Source: Holophagales bacterium
GTDB taxonomy: Bacteria; Acidobacteriota; Thermoanaerobaculia; UBA5066
DNA length: 64,000 bases
NCBI GenBank assembly: GCA_016714815.1
Contig: JADKBZ010000003.1
Span: forward strand, 544,038 to 608,037
Reading direction: 5' to 3'
In this document: piece after piece, positions 20,211-29,490 of the stretch
Layout of the letters: every line of letters starts with the position of its first letter
Position numbering within the stretch: position 1 is the stretch's first letter
Translations under genes and position numbers: made by a program
The notes under the pieces: model-generated
The model's database searches: none
What the model saw: the letters and a program-made list of their open reading frames with translations, nothing else
What the model was told of the DNA's origin: nothing

Positions 20211-22370
20211 CTAGTTCGCCCCCATCTCGGCGAGCATCGCGCGCGCCTTCGTGTGGACCCCAGCGTCGGTGGTGCGCAGCTCGAGCTCCCGCAGGCACGT
20301 GCGAGCGTTCTCGAGCTCTCCCTCCTGCCGGTACCACGAGGCGAGGGCGAACTGAGCCATCGCATACAGTGAGCCGCTCGACAGGGCGGCGGCACGGCGG
20401 AAGTACTCGGGCGCCGCTGCTCTGCGGCCGTGCCGCACGAGGTAGACACCGTAGGCGAAGCTCACTCGCGGGTCGAACGGGTACTTCTCCGTCGCCTCCA
20501 CGAACCGCGCCTCGGCTTGCGGCAGCCCGTCCCGATCGAGCAGCACCGCCAGTTGCAGGAGCGCCTCGCGGTAGCCCGCCTGCACGCCGAGCGCCTGCTC
20601 GTAGAGCCGGCGGGCGGCGGGGCGCGCTCCTTCCACTGCCGCCACGTCCCCGAGCCGCGTCAGCGCCTCCACGTCTGTGGGGTCGTCCGCCACGATCCTC
20701 TCCAGGCACTGCCGGGCGCGGACGAGGTCTCTCCTGGCGAGGAAATAGGAACCCGCCGTCAGCAGGACGTCCTTGTCCGCGAAGTCGCGGACGAGGTCGG
20801 AGTAGGCCCCGTCCGCCGCCTCCAGCAGGCCCGCGCGCACGTAATAGCCGGCCACCAGGCTCCGCGCGTCCTTGTTCTTCGGATCGGCGTCGGCCATCGC
20901 CCTGGCCTGCTCGAGCGCCTCCCGAAGCCTGTTCTGCAACGCCAGGCTGAGGATGTCGTCGTACCGGAAGAACGTCTCCATCCGGGAAGCGGGCGACGGG
21001 AGCTTCGAGAGGCTCTCGAGCGTTTCCGCGTCGTCGGCAGAGACGCTTCCCAGATAGCCGAGCGACCTCAGCTGCGCGATCTCCTCGCGGGTCGGCGACC
21101 GCTGGCTCCTGCCCGGGCGCCCCTGCTTCAGAGCGGCCTTGAGCGCGGGAAACTGCGCCGCCATCGCCGCCCGCTGCGGGGTCGCGGCGAGATCGTGCGC
21201 CTCGGCCATGTCCGTCTCGAGGTCGTACAGCTCGTCGGTCGGCCCGTGGATGTACTTCCGGCCGCCGAGGAGGAAGCCCGAGAGCGGGCTCCAGCGGTAG
21301 TGGTAAAGGGGATAGAGGGTCTCGAAATAGAGGGGACGCCTCGAGAAGCTGGCGACCGTCTCGGGGCTCGGGGCGGCGGACAGGAGCGGCAGCAGCGATC
21401 GCGCCTGCATCGGCGTGGTGGCGTCGGGAACGATCCCGAGCGCGTCGAGGACCGTCGGCGCCACGTCGGCGCCGGAGACGAACGTCCTCACGCGGTGCTG
21501 CTGAGCCTTCATCCAGGGGAGGCGGACTATGAGCGGGACGTGGAGCGTGGAGTTGTAGACGAGCAGCGCGTGAGTGAGCTCACCGTGGTCCATGAGCCCT
21601 TCGCCGTGATCGGCCGCCACGACCATCCCGGTCCGATCGGCGAGGCCCGCCTCCGATAGGGCGCGCAGCACCGTACCGATGCAGTCGTCCATGAACGCGA
21701 CCTCACCGTCGTAGGGCTGAAGAGGGTTCAGGTCTTCATACCCTCTCGGCGGGTCGTAGGGATAGTGCGGATCGAAGTAGTGAAGCCAGACGAAGAACGG
21801 CTCCCGGCCCTTGTTCCTCTCGAGCCACATCCTGAACTCGGCCGATACCCGATCGCCCCTGCGGCTCGCGACTCCGGTCGTGTGGAGGTTCGTGACCGTC
21901 AGGCTGCCCGGCGGTGCATCGAGGTGATCGCCGTAGTAGTCGAACCCGCGCGCGAATCCCATCGCTGCGCGCAGGGGAAAGCCGGCCACGATCCCCGCCG
22001 TTTCGTACCCGCGATCCTTCAGGATCGACGGAAGCCAGGTCAGCTCCTTCGGCACTCGAAACAGGTCGTTGTCGTGCACCTGGTGGAACGGCGGGAACGT
22101 CCCTGACAGCATCGACGCGTGCGATGGCCCGGTGACCGGGGCCACCGCGAAGGCGTGCTCGAAGACGGTCCCGCCGGCCGCGATGCTATCGATGTTCGGC
22201 GTGAGGGACGTGGTCGACCCGTAGCAGCCGAGCCGGTCCACACGCGTCGTGTCCATCGTGATGAGCACGAGGTTCCGCTTGCCGTGAGCGCTCTTCGCCG
22301 GCGAGCAGGCCGAGACTCCCAGGAGCAGGACGGCGCCCAGGAACCGGACCGCTGCTTCAGTTCCTCGCAC
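20211..22370 (-). CDS. Sulfatase-family (alkaline phosphatase superfamily, Thr-type) lipoprotein fused to C-terminal TPR repeats
   Basis: Lipoprotein signal (LLLGVSAC). Sulfatase N-terminal pattern (LVLITMDTTRVDRLGCYG...APVTGPSHASMLSG) with Thr in place of the formylglycine Cys. C-terminal half is TPR-like. Confidence 0.8.
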   Translation of the reverse strand: MRGTEAAVRFLGAVLLLGVSACSPAKSAHGKRNLVLITMDTTRVDRLGCYGSTTSLTPNIDSIAAGGTVFEHAFAVAPVTGPSHASMLSGTFPPFHQVHDNDLFRVPKELTWLPSILKDRGYETAGIVAGFPLRAAMGFARGFDYYGDHLDAPPGSLTVTNLHTTGVASRRGDRVSAEFRMWLERNKGREPFFVWLHYFDPHYPYDPPRGYEDLNPLQPYDGEVAFMDDCIGTVLRALSEAGLADRTGMVVAADHGEGLMDHGELTHALLVYNSTLHVPLIVRLPWMKAQQHRVRTFVSGADVAPTVLDALGIVPDATTPMQARSLLPLLSAAPSPETVASFSRRPLYFETLYPLYHYRWSPLSGFLLGGRKYIHGPTDELYDLETDMAEAHDLAATPQRAAMAAQFPALKAALKQGRPGRSQRSPTREEIAQLRSLGYLGSVSADDAETLESLSKLPSPASRMETFFRYDDILSLALQNRLREALEQARAMADADPKNKDARSLVAGYYVRAGLLEAADGAYSDLVRDFADKDVLLTAGSYFLARRDLVRARQCLERIVADDPTDVEALTRLGDVAAVEGARPAARRLYEQALGVQAGYREALLQLAVLLDRDGLPQAEARFVEATEKYPFDPRVSFAYGVYLVRHGRRAAAPEYFRRAAALSSGSLYAMAQFALASWYRQEGELENARTCLRELELRTTDAGVHTKARAMLAEMGAN

Positions 22371-24045
22371 CGGCAGCCTCGAAGACCGCTGTGGAAAGCA
22401 CCCGGAATCCTCGGTCCTTCAGCTCCCGCTCCCTCATCTCTCGGACCAGCTCTTTCTGCCGGAGGTCCACGTAGCGATCGCGGATCGCCTCGTGATCCGC
22501 CGGCTCGGTCATCGACCGCCGCGCCTCGATCGCCTTGACGAGGATCACGTAGAGGCCTTCCTCCTCCTTGAAGACCCCCGTGCTCCCCGGAGTCGTCTGG
22601 GCGAGCATGCGGCGCTGGAACTCGGGGGCGACCCGGGCGGCGTCGACGGGTGTGGCCCAACCCATGTCGACGTACGAGGCGCCGGCTTCAACGCACCGGC
22701 GCTCGACCTCGGCCCTGCTCGCGGCGGGCGAGGACGCCAGCTTCTCGAGCTCTTCGATCCTCAGCTGGAGCTGAAAGGGGGACGCGCCGCCGAAAGGCAT
22801 GAAGATGTAGGTGGCCTGGAACTTCTGCGGGACGAAGAACCGCCCCTGGTTCTCGCGAAAGTACCTGACGACGACGTCGTCGCCGAGCTTCTTCGCCGCC
22901 GCCTCGAGCCGGCGCCCGATCGCGAGGCTGGAACGCGCCGACAGCTGCCGTATCTCCCATCGGTCGAGGAACGCCTGTTCCCGATCGAGTCCGCCGTCCA
23001 TGGCGTCCAGATAGAACAGGTTCGAGCTCAACGTGTCTCCGATGACCCTCCGACGGAGCGCGGCGCCCGCGCCCTTCGCCCCGCCACGCCCCTGGAGGCT
23101 CTTTTCGAGGAACTCCTCCAGCTCCCGGCGCGTGAGACTGCGGTCCTTGACGCGAAGCACGACCTCGTCGGGCCCGAAGAAAGGCTCGCCGCTCCGGTCG
23201 ACCACGCCGTAGCGCTTGCGCAGGGACGCCATCAGCTCGTCGCGCCCGGCCTGGTTCCTCGAATTCATGATCCCGCTGACGACCTGCCCCTTCACCTCCT
23301 CGAACGGCAGCACCCTGGCAGGCGTTCGGCTCGTGACGACGACGACGTGCGTCCCCTGCTCGGTGCGGACGACGCCGGGCCGCCCCTCCTTCAAACGGTA
23401 GAGCTGGTCCTCGAAGACGGGCTCCAGCTTGCCGCGGTAGACCGGTCCGACCATCCCCTTGCTCCGCGAGGTCTGCGACTCCGAATAGGTGGCGGCCAGC
23501 TCCGCGATTGGCGTGCCGCGGCCGAGTCCGTCCAGAACCCTGCGCACGAGACCGGCCAGCTCCTCGGGGGCGTGCCGGTCGGACCGGAGGAAGACGTGCT
23601 GGAACGTGGAGGACTCCGGCAGGGTGAAGCGGTCCGCGAGGTGCTCCCTGTAAACCGCCATCGCTTCCTCGTCGGTGACCTCGTACGAGCGCTTGCCCTT
23701 CCGCTCCATGTAGTACCGGGCCAGGAAGGCGCCGCGCCCGTCCAGATAGAGGACCGCGGGAGCGGGCTTTCCGTCTCCCGCCTCGGCCGCCATCATCTTC
23801 AGAAAGGCGAGCTCGGCGAGAACTTCGGTCACTCCCTTCTTTGCATCCACCTCAGAGCGGGTGCGCAGGTGGCGGGCGTCGAGCCAGGTGAAGTAGCGCG
23901 CCGCCTCGGCCCGGGTGATGAAGCCGCCGTTCCAGGAGGCGACGGCATCCTTCGGGACCCTCGAACGGCACCCGGCTCCCGAAGGCAGGCCCAGGATCAA
24001 CAGCCCAAACGCGATCGCGCATTGATGGGACGACTTCCGTTTCAC
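22357..24045 (-). CDS. PpiC-type peptidyl-prolyl cis-trans isomerase (SurA/PrsA-like foldase lipoprotein)
   Basis: Lipobox LGLPSGAGC; parvulin-like central domain within a SurA-like helical scaffold. Overlaps the downstream sulfatase gene. Confidence 0.7.
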   Translation of the reverse strand: MKRKSSHQCAIAFGLLILGLPSGAGCRSRVPKDAVASWNGGFITRAEAARYFTWLDARHLRTRSEVDAKKGVTEVLAELAFLKMMAAEAGDGKPAPAVLYLDGRGAFLARYYMERKGKRSYEVTDEEAMAVYREHLADRFTLPESSTFQHVFLRSDRHAPEELAGLVRRVLDGLGRGTPIAELAATYSESQTSRSKGMVGPVYRGKLEPVFEDQLYRLKEGRPGVVRTEQGTHVVVVTSRTPARVLPFEEVKGQVVSGIMNSRNQAGRDELMASLRKRYGVVDRSGEPFFGPDEVVLRVKDRSLTRRELEEFLEKSLQGRGGAKGAGAALRRRVIGDTLSSNLFYLDAMDGGLDREQAFLDRWEIRQLSARSSLAIGRRLEAAAKKLGDDVVVRYFRENQGRFFVPQKFQATYIFMPFGGASPFQLQLRIEELEKLASSPAASRAEVERRCVEAGASYVDMGWATPVDAARVAPEFQRRMLAQTTPGSTGVFKEEEGLYVILVKAIEARRSMTEPADHEAIRDRYVDLRQKELVREMRERELKDRGFRVLSTAVFEAAGARN

Positions 24046-24162
24046 CTGTCTCCTCCTCCCCGTGGCCCCTCATCCGCGGGGCGGATGACCATACCGTGGC
24101 TCAGGACTCCTGCAAAGAGAGAAGCCGCCCGGCCCCGCGTGGGCCGAGCGGCTCGCCTGGGT

Positions 24163-24196
24163 CCGTTGAAGGAGGGAAAGGCGCAGTCGCGCCTTC
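24163..24196 (-). terminator. Rho-independent terminator of the 233-aa secreted-protein gene
   Basis: Hairpin aaggcgc-agtc-gcgcctt (24178-24195); the minus-strand continuation is U-rich (tttccctccttc). Confidence 0.5.
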
Positions 24197-24208
24197 CCCT
24201 CCGTGGGA

Positions 24209-24910
24209 TCACTGGATCTCGAACCTCATGAGCTCGACCGGGGTGTTGGTGTTGATGTGCGCGCGGATCGCAACGGCGGAGACCGTCGAGTACGCGGCGC
24301 CGCAGCCGTTCGGAGCCCACGCGCCCGCAGCGCCCGCATCGCCCGCCGCCGCCCCGGTGAAGGTGATGCAATTGAGCGGCTCGCCCGCTCCCGTCCAGGC
24401 GGCGTTCGCCGAGCCCTGCTGCAGGCCGTCGTTCGGGGTGCCCGTCACGCTGTTGTTCCACCCGCCAGCGTAGAAGTTGCCCGAGGCGATGCTCGGCAGC
24501 GGAGCGACCAGCGGGATCGTCGTCCACGTAGCGACGGTCATGTTGACGGCCAGCTTCCGGTTCAGGATCGTCGTGCCCGCGGCGTCGAACACCGCGACGC
24601 CGTCGAGGACGCCTGCCGCCCCCGTCACTTCCGAGCCGTCGAGTGACGTGGCGAAGACCTCGAGGTCCGTGACGTCGAGCGGGTACGACCCGCCGGCCGG
24701 GATGAACAGGTTCGACAGGTACATGTTGCCTGTCCACGAATAGAAGGCCGCGCTCGCCGGGTCGAGATAGTCGAGCACCACGGCCGCGCTGGGACTGTGT
24801 TCGTTGATGCCCTTGGGCGTCTTGGACTTCTGCCGGGAGATGGGACCCGCCACCACGGCGGCGGAACAGATCAGCAGGCCCAGGGCGCTGATTGCGATCA
24901 GCTTCTTCAT
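24209..24910 (-). CDS. Small secreted protein (233 aa) ending in the PVELMRFEIQ C-terminal tag
   Basis: Signal peptide MKKLIAISALGLLICSAAVVA; Gly/Ala/Thr-rich body; extreme C-terminus NTNTPVELMRFEIQ resembles the C-termini of the BNR protein and the giant beta-helix protein. Confidence 0.7.
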   Translation of the reverse strand: MKKLIAISALGLLICSAAVVAGPISRQKSKTPKGINEHSPSAAVVLDYLDPASAAFYSWTGNMYLSNLFIPAGGSYPLDVTDLEVFATSLDGSEVTGAAGVLDGVAVFDAAGTTILNRKLAVNMTVATWTTIPLVAPLPSIASGNFYAGGWNNSVTGTPNDGLQQGSANAAWTGAGEPLNCITFTGAAAGDAGAAGAWAPNGCGAAYSTVSAVAIRAHINTNTPVELMRFEIQ

Positions 24911-24957
24911 TCTTCTCCTCCGTTCGTCATTTCATGAGGGACGTCGGCTGACGGTGG

Positions 24958-25668
24958 TCACGACACGCCGCGCCCCTCGGGAGGGGGTGCAGGCGGGGCC
25001 TCCAGGAACAGATCGTCCTCGACGATCAACATCTCTGCCAACGCCTGCCGACAGGGGTCCCGCTCCACCGCGGGCCACTCCCAGAGAACGGGATCCGCGC
25101 TCGCCTTCCGCGCGGGCGCGGATCCCTCGTTCATGCCGTGAGAAATGCAGACCAGAGCCCCCAGCACGGATCCCCGGCCGTGGTCGTCCACCACGACGAG
25201 CCAGTACGTCCACTGGCCCTCGTGCTCCGTGCGGTCGACGAAGTCGAACGTATTCAGGCCGGGAGCCACCGTGGTCTTCTCGGCCAGCGGTAAACCGAAC
25301 CCGACAGCAGGGCCCGCATGGAGGATGACCCGCGTTCCCGCGCTCTTCGCGCGGAGCGTCCAGGAGACGGTGACCTCGCGCTGACCGCGCGGGAGAACCG
25401 CGACTCTCGAGCCGATTGGAAAGGAGTTCCCGGAGGTCAGCGGCAGGCCTGACGCGTCGGCCCCGAGACCGAAGACGAGAAGGACCATCGCAGCGGACGC
25501 CCGCAGCGCCGAACCGAGGCTGAAGCCACATGCTGGCGGTGCTTCCAGAGCCCGGGTCACTTCGTCCCACCCCTCTTCGAGAACTGTCGCGCCGAGGGAA
25601 ACTAGCACATTCCACTCCAAACGCAAACCATTCCAATGCAATAAGATCCACTCGCAGGCGGCGATCAT
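24958..25668 (-). CDS. Hypothetical protein (about 236 aa; possibly shorter and secreted if it starts at MVLLVFGLGADA)
   Basis: Balanced amino-acid composition, unlike the Arg-rich alternate frames. ATG at 25668 in an AT-richer stretch. No recognisable domain. Confidence 0.4.
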   Translation of the reverse strand: MIAACEWILLHWNGLRLEWNVLVSLGATVLEEGWDEVTRALEAPPACGFSLGSALRASAAMVLLVFGLGADASGLPLTSGNSFPIGSRVAVLPRGQREVTVSWTLRAKSAGTRVILHAGPAVGFGLPLAEKTTVAPGLNTFDFVDRTEHEGQWTYWLVVVDDHGRGSVLGALVCISHGMNEGSAPARKASADPVLWEWPAVERDPCRQALAEMLIVEDDLFLEAPPAPPPEGRGVS

Positions 25669-25702
25669 CGGAAGTCGGCGCGGTCCGCTTCCGCTCAACG
25701 CG

Positions 25703-27694
25703 GTGTCCTCGACGCCGAGGACGAAGGAGAGTGCGCGCCGTCTATCATCCCGGAGGTTCGACATGGCAGCGGCTTCACACGTACCAGGGAGAGGGTCCCG
25801 CGTCGCCCGACAGCACCTCTTCGTGGCGCTCGCGACGGTGGCGATGGCCTTCGGGGCCGTTTCCGTCGGCTGCTCGCGGTCGAGGTCCGGGGCTCGGAAC
25901 CTCGTCCTCGTGAGCATCGATACCCTGAGAGCGGACGCGCTCGGCGCGTACGGCGGCTCGGCCTCGGTCGCGCCGAACATCGACGGGTTGGCACGCGACG
26001 GCGTCGTCTTCCAGAACGTCGTCTCGCCGATCCCGATCACCGTCGCGGCCCACGCGACGATCCTGAGCGGCTTCTCCCCCGCCCGGCACGGGCTTCACCA
26101 GAACCTGGGGCACCTCCTCCGGCCGGAAGTCGAGACCCTCGCCGAGGTGCTGGGGCGCCAGGGTTTCGCCACGGCCGCGTTCGTGAGCGCGCTCGTCCTC
26201 GACAAACGGTACGGTCTCGACCAGGGCTTCCACGTCTACGACGACGACATGTCGGCGAGCCCGCGGACCGTCTTCGGGGCCGAGAGGCCGGGAACGGATA
26301 CGGTCGCACAGTCGCTCGCGTGGCTTCAGGAGCACCGCGACGAGCGCTTCTTCCTCTTCGTTCACCTCTTCGAGCCGCACGAACCGTACGAGCCGCCGCC
26401 CACGTTCGCCGCGAAGCTCCCGGAGGCGCCGTACCTCGCCGAGGTGGCCACGGCGGACGCCGCGGTCGGGCAGCTCCTCGAGGGGTTGCGGGAGCTCGAC
26501 CTCGACGACTCGACGCTCATCGCGCTCGTCGGCGATCACGGCGAGATGCTCGGAGAGCACGGCGAGGAGACCCACACCTATTTCATCTACCAGAGCGCGC
26601 TGCGCGTGCCGTTCCTCGTCCGTCTTCCCCGAAAGGCGAAGGTCGGCCGGGTCTTGCAGCTGGCCGGGCTCGTGGACGTGACGCCGACCCTCTGCGGCCT
26701 CCTGGGCGCGCCGCCGCCCGCCGGAATCGACGGCCGCAACCTCGCTCCTCTCGTGATGGGCAGGGGCGCGCCGCCGCCGGCGCGGTCGTACTACTGCGAG
26801 AGCGTGACGCCCACCCGCTACGGGGCGAATCCGCTGCACGGTCTCGTCGGCGAGCGGTGGAAGTACATTCGCACGACCCGTCCGGAGCTGTACGACCTCA
26901 CGCGCGACCCGGGCGAGAGGACCAACCTCGCGGTGACCGGAGCCGCAATGGTCGCGGAGAGGGACCGGGAGCTGCGGGACATCCTCGCGAGCCCGGGCTC
27001 CGGCGAGGCCCCGAAGGGAACGGCCGAAGACCGCGAGACCGTCAGAAAGTTCGCGGCGCTCGGCTACCTGACGGGCGCCGCGGAGAAGGCGATCGACGTC
27101 GACCCGAAGGCGCCGGACCCGAAGGACCTCATCGAGGTCCACGTGCTCCACACGCGGTCCATCCAGCTGATCGCCGCCGGGAAGTTCGACGGCGCCGAGC
27201 CGCTCTCCCGCCGGGTCCTGGAAAAGCTGCCGGATTCCTGGGAAGCGAATCTCACGCTGGGGAAGGTGAAGGTGGGCCTGGGGCAGTGGGCACTCGCCGT
27301 ACCGCTCTTCGAGAGGAGCCTCGAGCTCAAGCCCGCGCAGTACGAGGCGCTCGAAGGGCTCGGCTCGGCCTGCTCCGGGCTCGGACGGTCCGAGCGGGCG
27401 GTCGAGTTCTTCAGGCGCGCCCTGCCTCTCGACCGGCAGCCCCCCAAGGGTGCCTTCGACCTCGCCGGGGCCCTCCTCGACCGCGGCGAGCGCGCCGAGG
27501 CGGAGCGCCTCGTCGCGATGGGTGAGCCGCTCACCGCCGGCAGGCCGGAAGCTCTCCTCGGTCTGGCGAGGATCCTCGACCGTCTGGGGCGCGGCCCGGA
27601 GGCCGCGGCGTCTCTCGAGCGCGCCCTCGTTCTCGCGCGGGAGAGGAAAGACGCGGGGCTCATCCGGCGTATCGAGGAGAGGCTCCGGCCTTAA
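25703..27694 (+). CDS. Sulfatase-family (Thr-type) protein fused to C-terminal TPR repeats, second paralog
   Basis: LVLVSIDTLRADALGAYG...PIPITVAAHATILSG (Thr where sulfatases have Cys); lipoprotein-like N-terminus (AVSVGCS); C-terminal TPR-like helical repeats. Start may be at 25763. Confidence 0.8.
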   Translation: MSSTPRTKESARRLSSRRFDMAAASHVPGRGSRVARQHLFVALATVAMAFGAVSVGCSRSRSGARNLVLVSIDTLRADALGAYGGSASVAPNIDGLARDGVVFQNVVSPIPITVAAHATILSGFSPARHGLHQNLGHLLRPEVETLAEVLGRQGFATAAFVSALVLDKRYGLDQGFHVYDDDMSASPRTVFGAERPGTDTVAQSLAWLQEHRDERFFLFVHLFEPHEPYEPPPTFAAKLPEAPYLAEVATADAAVGQLLEGLRELDLDDSTLIALVGDHGEMLGEHGEETHTYFIYQSALRVPFLVRLPRKAKVGRVLQLAGLVDVTPTLCGLLGAPPPAGIDGRNLAPLVMGRGAPPPARSYYCESVTPTRYGANPLHGLVGERWKYIRTTRPELYDLTRDPGERTNLAVTGAAMVAERDRELRDILASPGSGEAPKGTAEDRETVRKFAALGYLTGAAEKAIDVDPKAPDPKDLIEVHVLHTRSIQLIAAGKFDGAEPLSRRVLEKLPDSWEANLTLGKVKVGLGQWALAVPLFERSLELKPAQYEALEGLGSACSGLGRSERAVEFFRRALPLDRQPPKGAFDLAGALLDRGERAEAERLVAMGEPLTAGRPEALLGLARILDRLGRGPEAAASLERALVLARERKDAGLIRRIEERLRP

Positions 27695-27796
27695 GGCTTC
27701 GTCTTCGCCACGGCCGCCCCGTCGCCGCCGGGGGCCGACATCGTCCCGCTACCAGGGAGCAGGAAAACGTGATAACGCGCCGGCGGAGAATGCCGC

Positions 27797-28654
27797 ATGC
27801 GACAGACAGCCCTCTCCGCCGTTCTCCTCCTCCTCTCGGCGGCAACCCCGCTCGCGGCCGAGCTTCGCCTCCCGCAACCGAGCCCCGCAGCGACCGTCTC
27901 CACCACCATCGGGACCACCGACGTCTCGATCCGCTACCACCAGCCCGCCGTGAAGGGGCGACAGGTCTGGGGCGAGCTCGTCCCGTACGGCTCCCTCTGG
28001 CGTCTCGGGGCCAACAACGCCACGACGGTCTCCTTCACCGACCCGGTCAAGGTCGCGGGGCGCGACGTGCCGGCCGGGACCTACGCGCTCTTCGCAATTC
28101 CGGGGAAGGAGAGCTGGACTCTCGTCCTGAACCGGAAGGCGCAGCAGTGGGGTGCCTACTTCGCCGACCCGAAGGAGGACCAGCTGAGGTTCGACGTCAA
28201 GCCGGTCGCCGGCGAGCCGACCGAGTGGATGACCTTCGGGATCGTCCCGACGGGCGCCACCTCCGCCCGGGTCGACTGGGCCTGGGAGAAGCTCCGCTTC
28301 TCGTTCCCCGTGGAGGTCGAGGTGTCGCGCCTCGTCTGGGCCGGCGTCGACAAGGCGCTCGCCGAAGCGAAGCCGGACGACTGGCAGACGCCGCTCCAGG
28401 CGGCCCGGTGGGCCCGCCAGGACGGCAAGCGCCTCGACGAGGCGGTCCGATGGCTCGACCGTTCGATCGCCGCCCGCGAGAGCTTCTGGAACTACGAGCT
28501 GAAGGCCCTCTTCCTCCACGACGCCGGAAAGACGGCGGAGGCGATTCCCCTGATGGAGAAGGCGATCGAGATCGCGAAGAAGGGCGGCCCGCCGAAGGAG
28601 TACACGGAGGGGCTGGAGAAGACGCTGGCGAGCTGGCAGGCCCCGAAGCGATAG
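27797..28654 (+). CDS. Secreted DUF2911-family protein
   Basis: Signal peptide. Pattern ATVSTTIGTTDVSIRYHQPAVKGRQVWGELVPYGSLWRLGANNATTVSFTDPVKVAGRDVPAGTYALFAIP matches my recollection of DUF2911. Confidence 0.6.
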   Translation: MRQTALSAVLLLLSAATPLAAELRLPQPSPAATVSTTIGTTDVSIRYHQPAVKGRQVWGELVPYGSLWRLGANNATTVSFTDPVKVAGRDVPAGTYALFAIPGKESWTLVLNRKAQQWGAYFADPKEDQLRFDVKPVAGEPTEWMTFGIVPTGATSARVDWAWEKLRFSFPVEVEVSRLVWAGVDKALAEAKPDDWQTPLQAARWARQDGKRLDEAVRWLDRSIAARESFWNYELKALFLHDAGKTAEAIPLMEKAIEIAKKGGPPKEYTEGLEKTLASWQAPKR

Positions 28655-28689
28655 GCCGCGTTCCCCCGACGGAGAACGGCGCGCCCGCG

Positions 28690-29157
28690 TCAGGCCTCTG
28701 CCAGAAACTCGGCGGCCGTCCGGACGAGCAGCGGATCCCCCGGGCTCGACCGGAAATGCCGGACGTTCTCGGTGACGATGACGGACGCGCCACAGCTTCT
28801 CGCGATCGCGGCGATGTGCGCGTCGTAGAGCCGCCCTCCGGCGACCCGCTGCGCCACGGCTGACCTGAAGAAGGAGACTCGCTCACGGACTGGCAGATCG
28901 ACCACCTCGAACCTCCCGAGAATCTCCTCCTCGACGAGGCGGAGCGCATCCGGGGGCGGAAGCCTCAGCTCTTCCGGAAGCCGCGTGGCGACGGCGTAAT
29001 ACTCGAGGCAGCAGTGCCAGGCGGTAAGCGGCCTCTCCACCCTTCCGTCGGCGATCGCGTCCATCACGTTCTGCGCCGCCCGGGTCGAGGGCCCGACGTC
29101 GATCGTCCCGCCCAGAAGGACGCTCGTATCGAGAAAGACCCCCTTCAGCCGGGCCAC
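28690..29157 (-). CDS. vapC: PIN-domain ribonuclease toxin VapC
   Basis: PIN-domain acidic residues (FLDTSVLL ... VVDLPVRE ... VIVTENVRHF). Overlaps the upstream antitoxin gene. Confidence 0.75.
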   Translation of the reverse strand: MARLKGVFLDTSVLLGGTIDVGPSTRAAQNVMDAIADGRVERPLTAWHCCLEYYAVATRLPEELRLPPPDALRLVEEEILGRFEVVDLPVRERVSFFRSAVAQRVAGGRLYDAHIAAIARSCGASVIVTENVRHFRSSPGDPLLVRTAAEFLAEA

Positions 29158-29402
29158 CGGTTGCGCTCCTCGTCGACCAGGGCGGCGAGGTCGATCTGAG
29201 GGAGGTTCCGCTGGGGCACGGTGGGCCTGGCCACGAGGCGCTTCCCGACGCGCGTCAGTTTCGGCTTCGGAACGAGCCGGATCAGCCTCACCGACACGTC
29301 GTCGACGACGATCTCGATCTCGGTTCCCGGGGTCAGGCCCGCCTTCGCCCGGATGGCAGCCGGAATGACGACGCGTCCTGCCTTGTCTATGGCAGATCTC
29401 AT
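29145..29402 (-). CDS. vapB: AbrB/MazE (SpoVT-AbrB) family antitoxin VapB
   Basis: N-terminal swapped-hairpin pattern KAGRVVIPAAIRAKAGLTPGTEIEI; 85 aa; 13-nt overlap with the PIN toxin gene. Confidence 0.75.
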   Translation of the reverse strand: MRSAIDKAGRVVIPAAIRAKAGLTPGTEIEIVVDDVSVRLIRLVPKPKLTRVGKRLVARPTVPQRNLPQIDLAALVDEERNRWPG

Positions 29403-29404
29403 GG

Positions 29405-29440
29405 TGCCAGTATGCCAGATGGATGGCAGATGCCGGCTCG
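29405..29440 (-). promoter_or_regulatory. Candidate VapB autoregulatory operator (TGCCA/TGGCA inverted repeats) just upstream of vapB
   Basis: The minus strand reads ctgccatccatctggcatactggcacc ATG agatctgccat, with several TGCCAT / TGGCA half-sites. Confidence 0.35.
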
Positions 29441-29451
29441 TCCCCCCCCCC
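29441..29451. repeat. Homopolymeric C tract (11 C)
   Basis: cccccccccc c at 29441-29451 in the vapB / algX-like intergenic region. Confidence 0.7.
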
Positions 29452-29490
29452 CGAATCGCGCTCGCCGCCCGCGCCCCGGCGGCGTCCGCG

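Noticed and set aside
17140-20709. 1189-aa ORF on the minus strand
   Set aside because: Antisense to the BNR/Fn3 gene, extremely Arg/Gly/Pro-rich, no motif; a typical high-GC shadow ORF.
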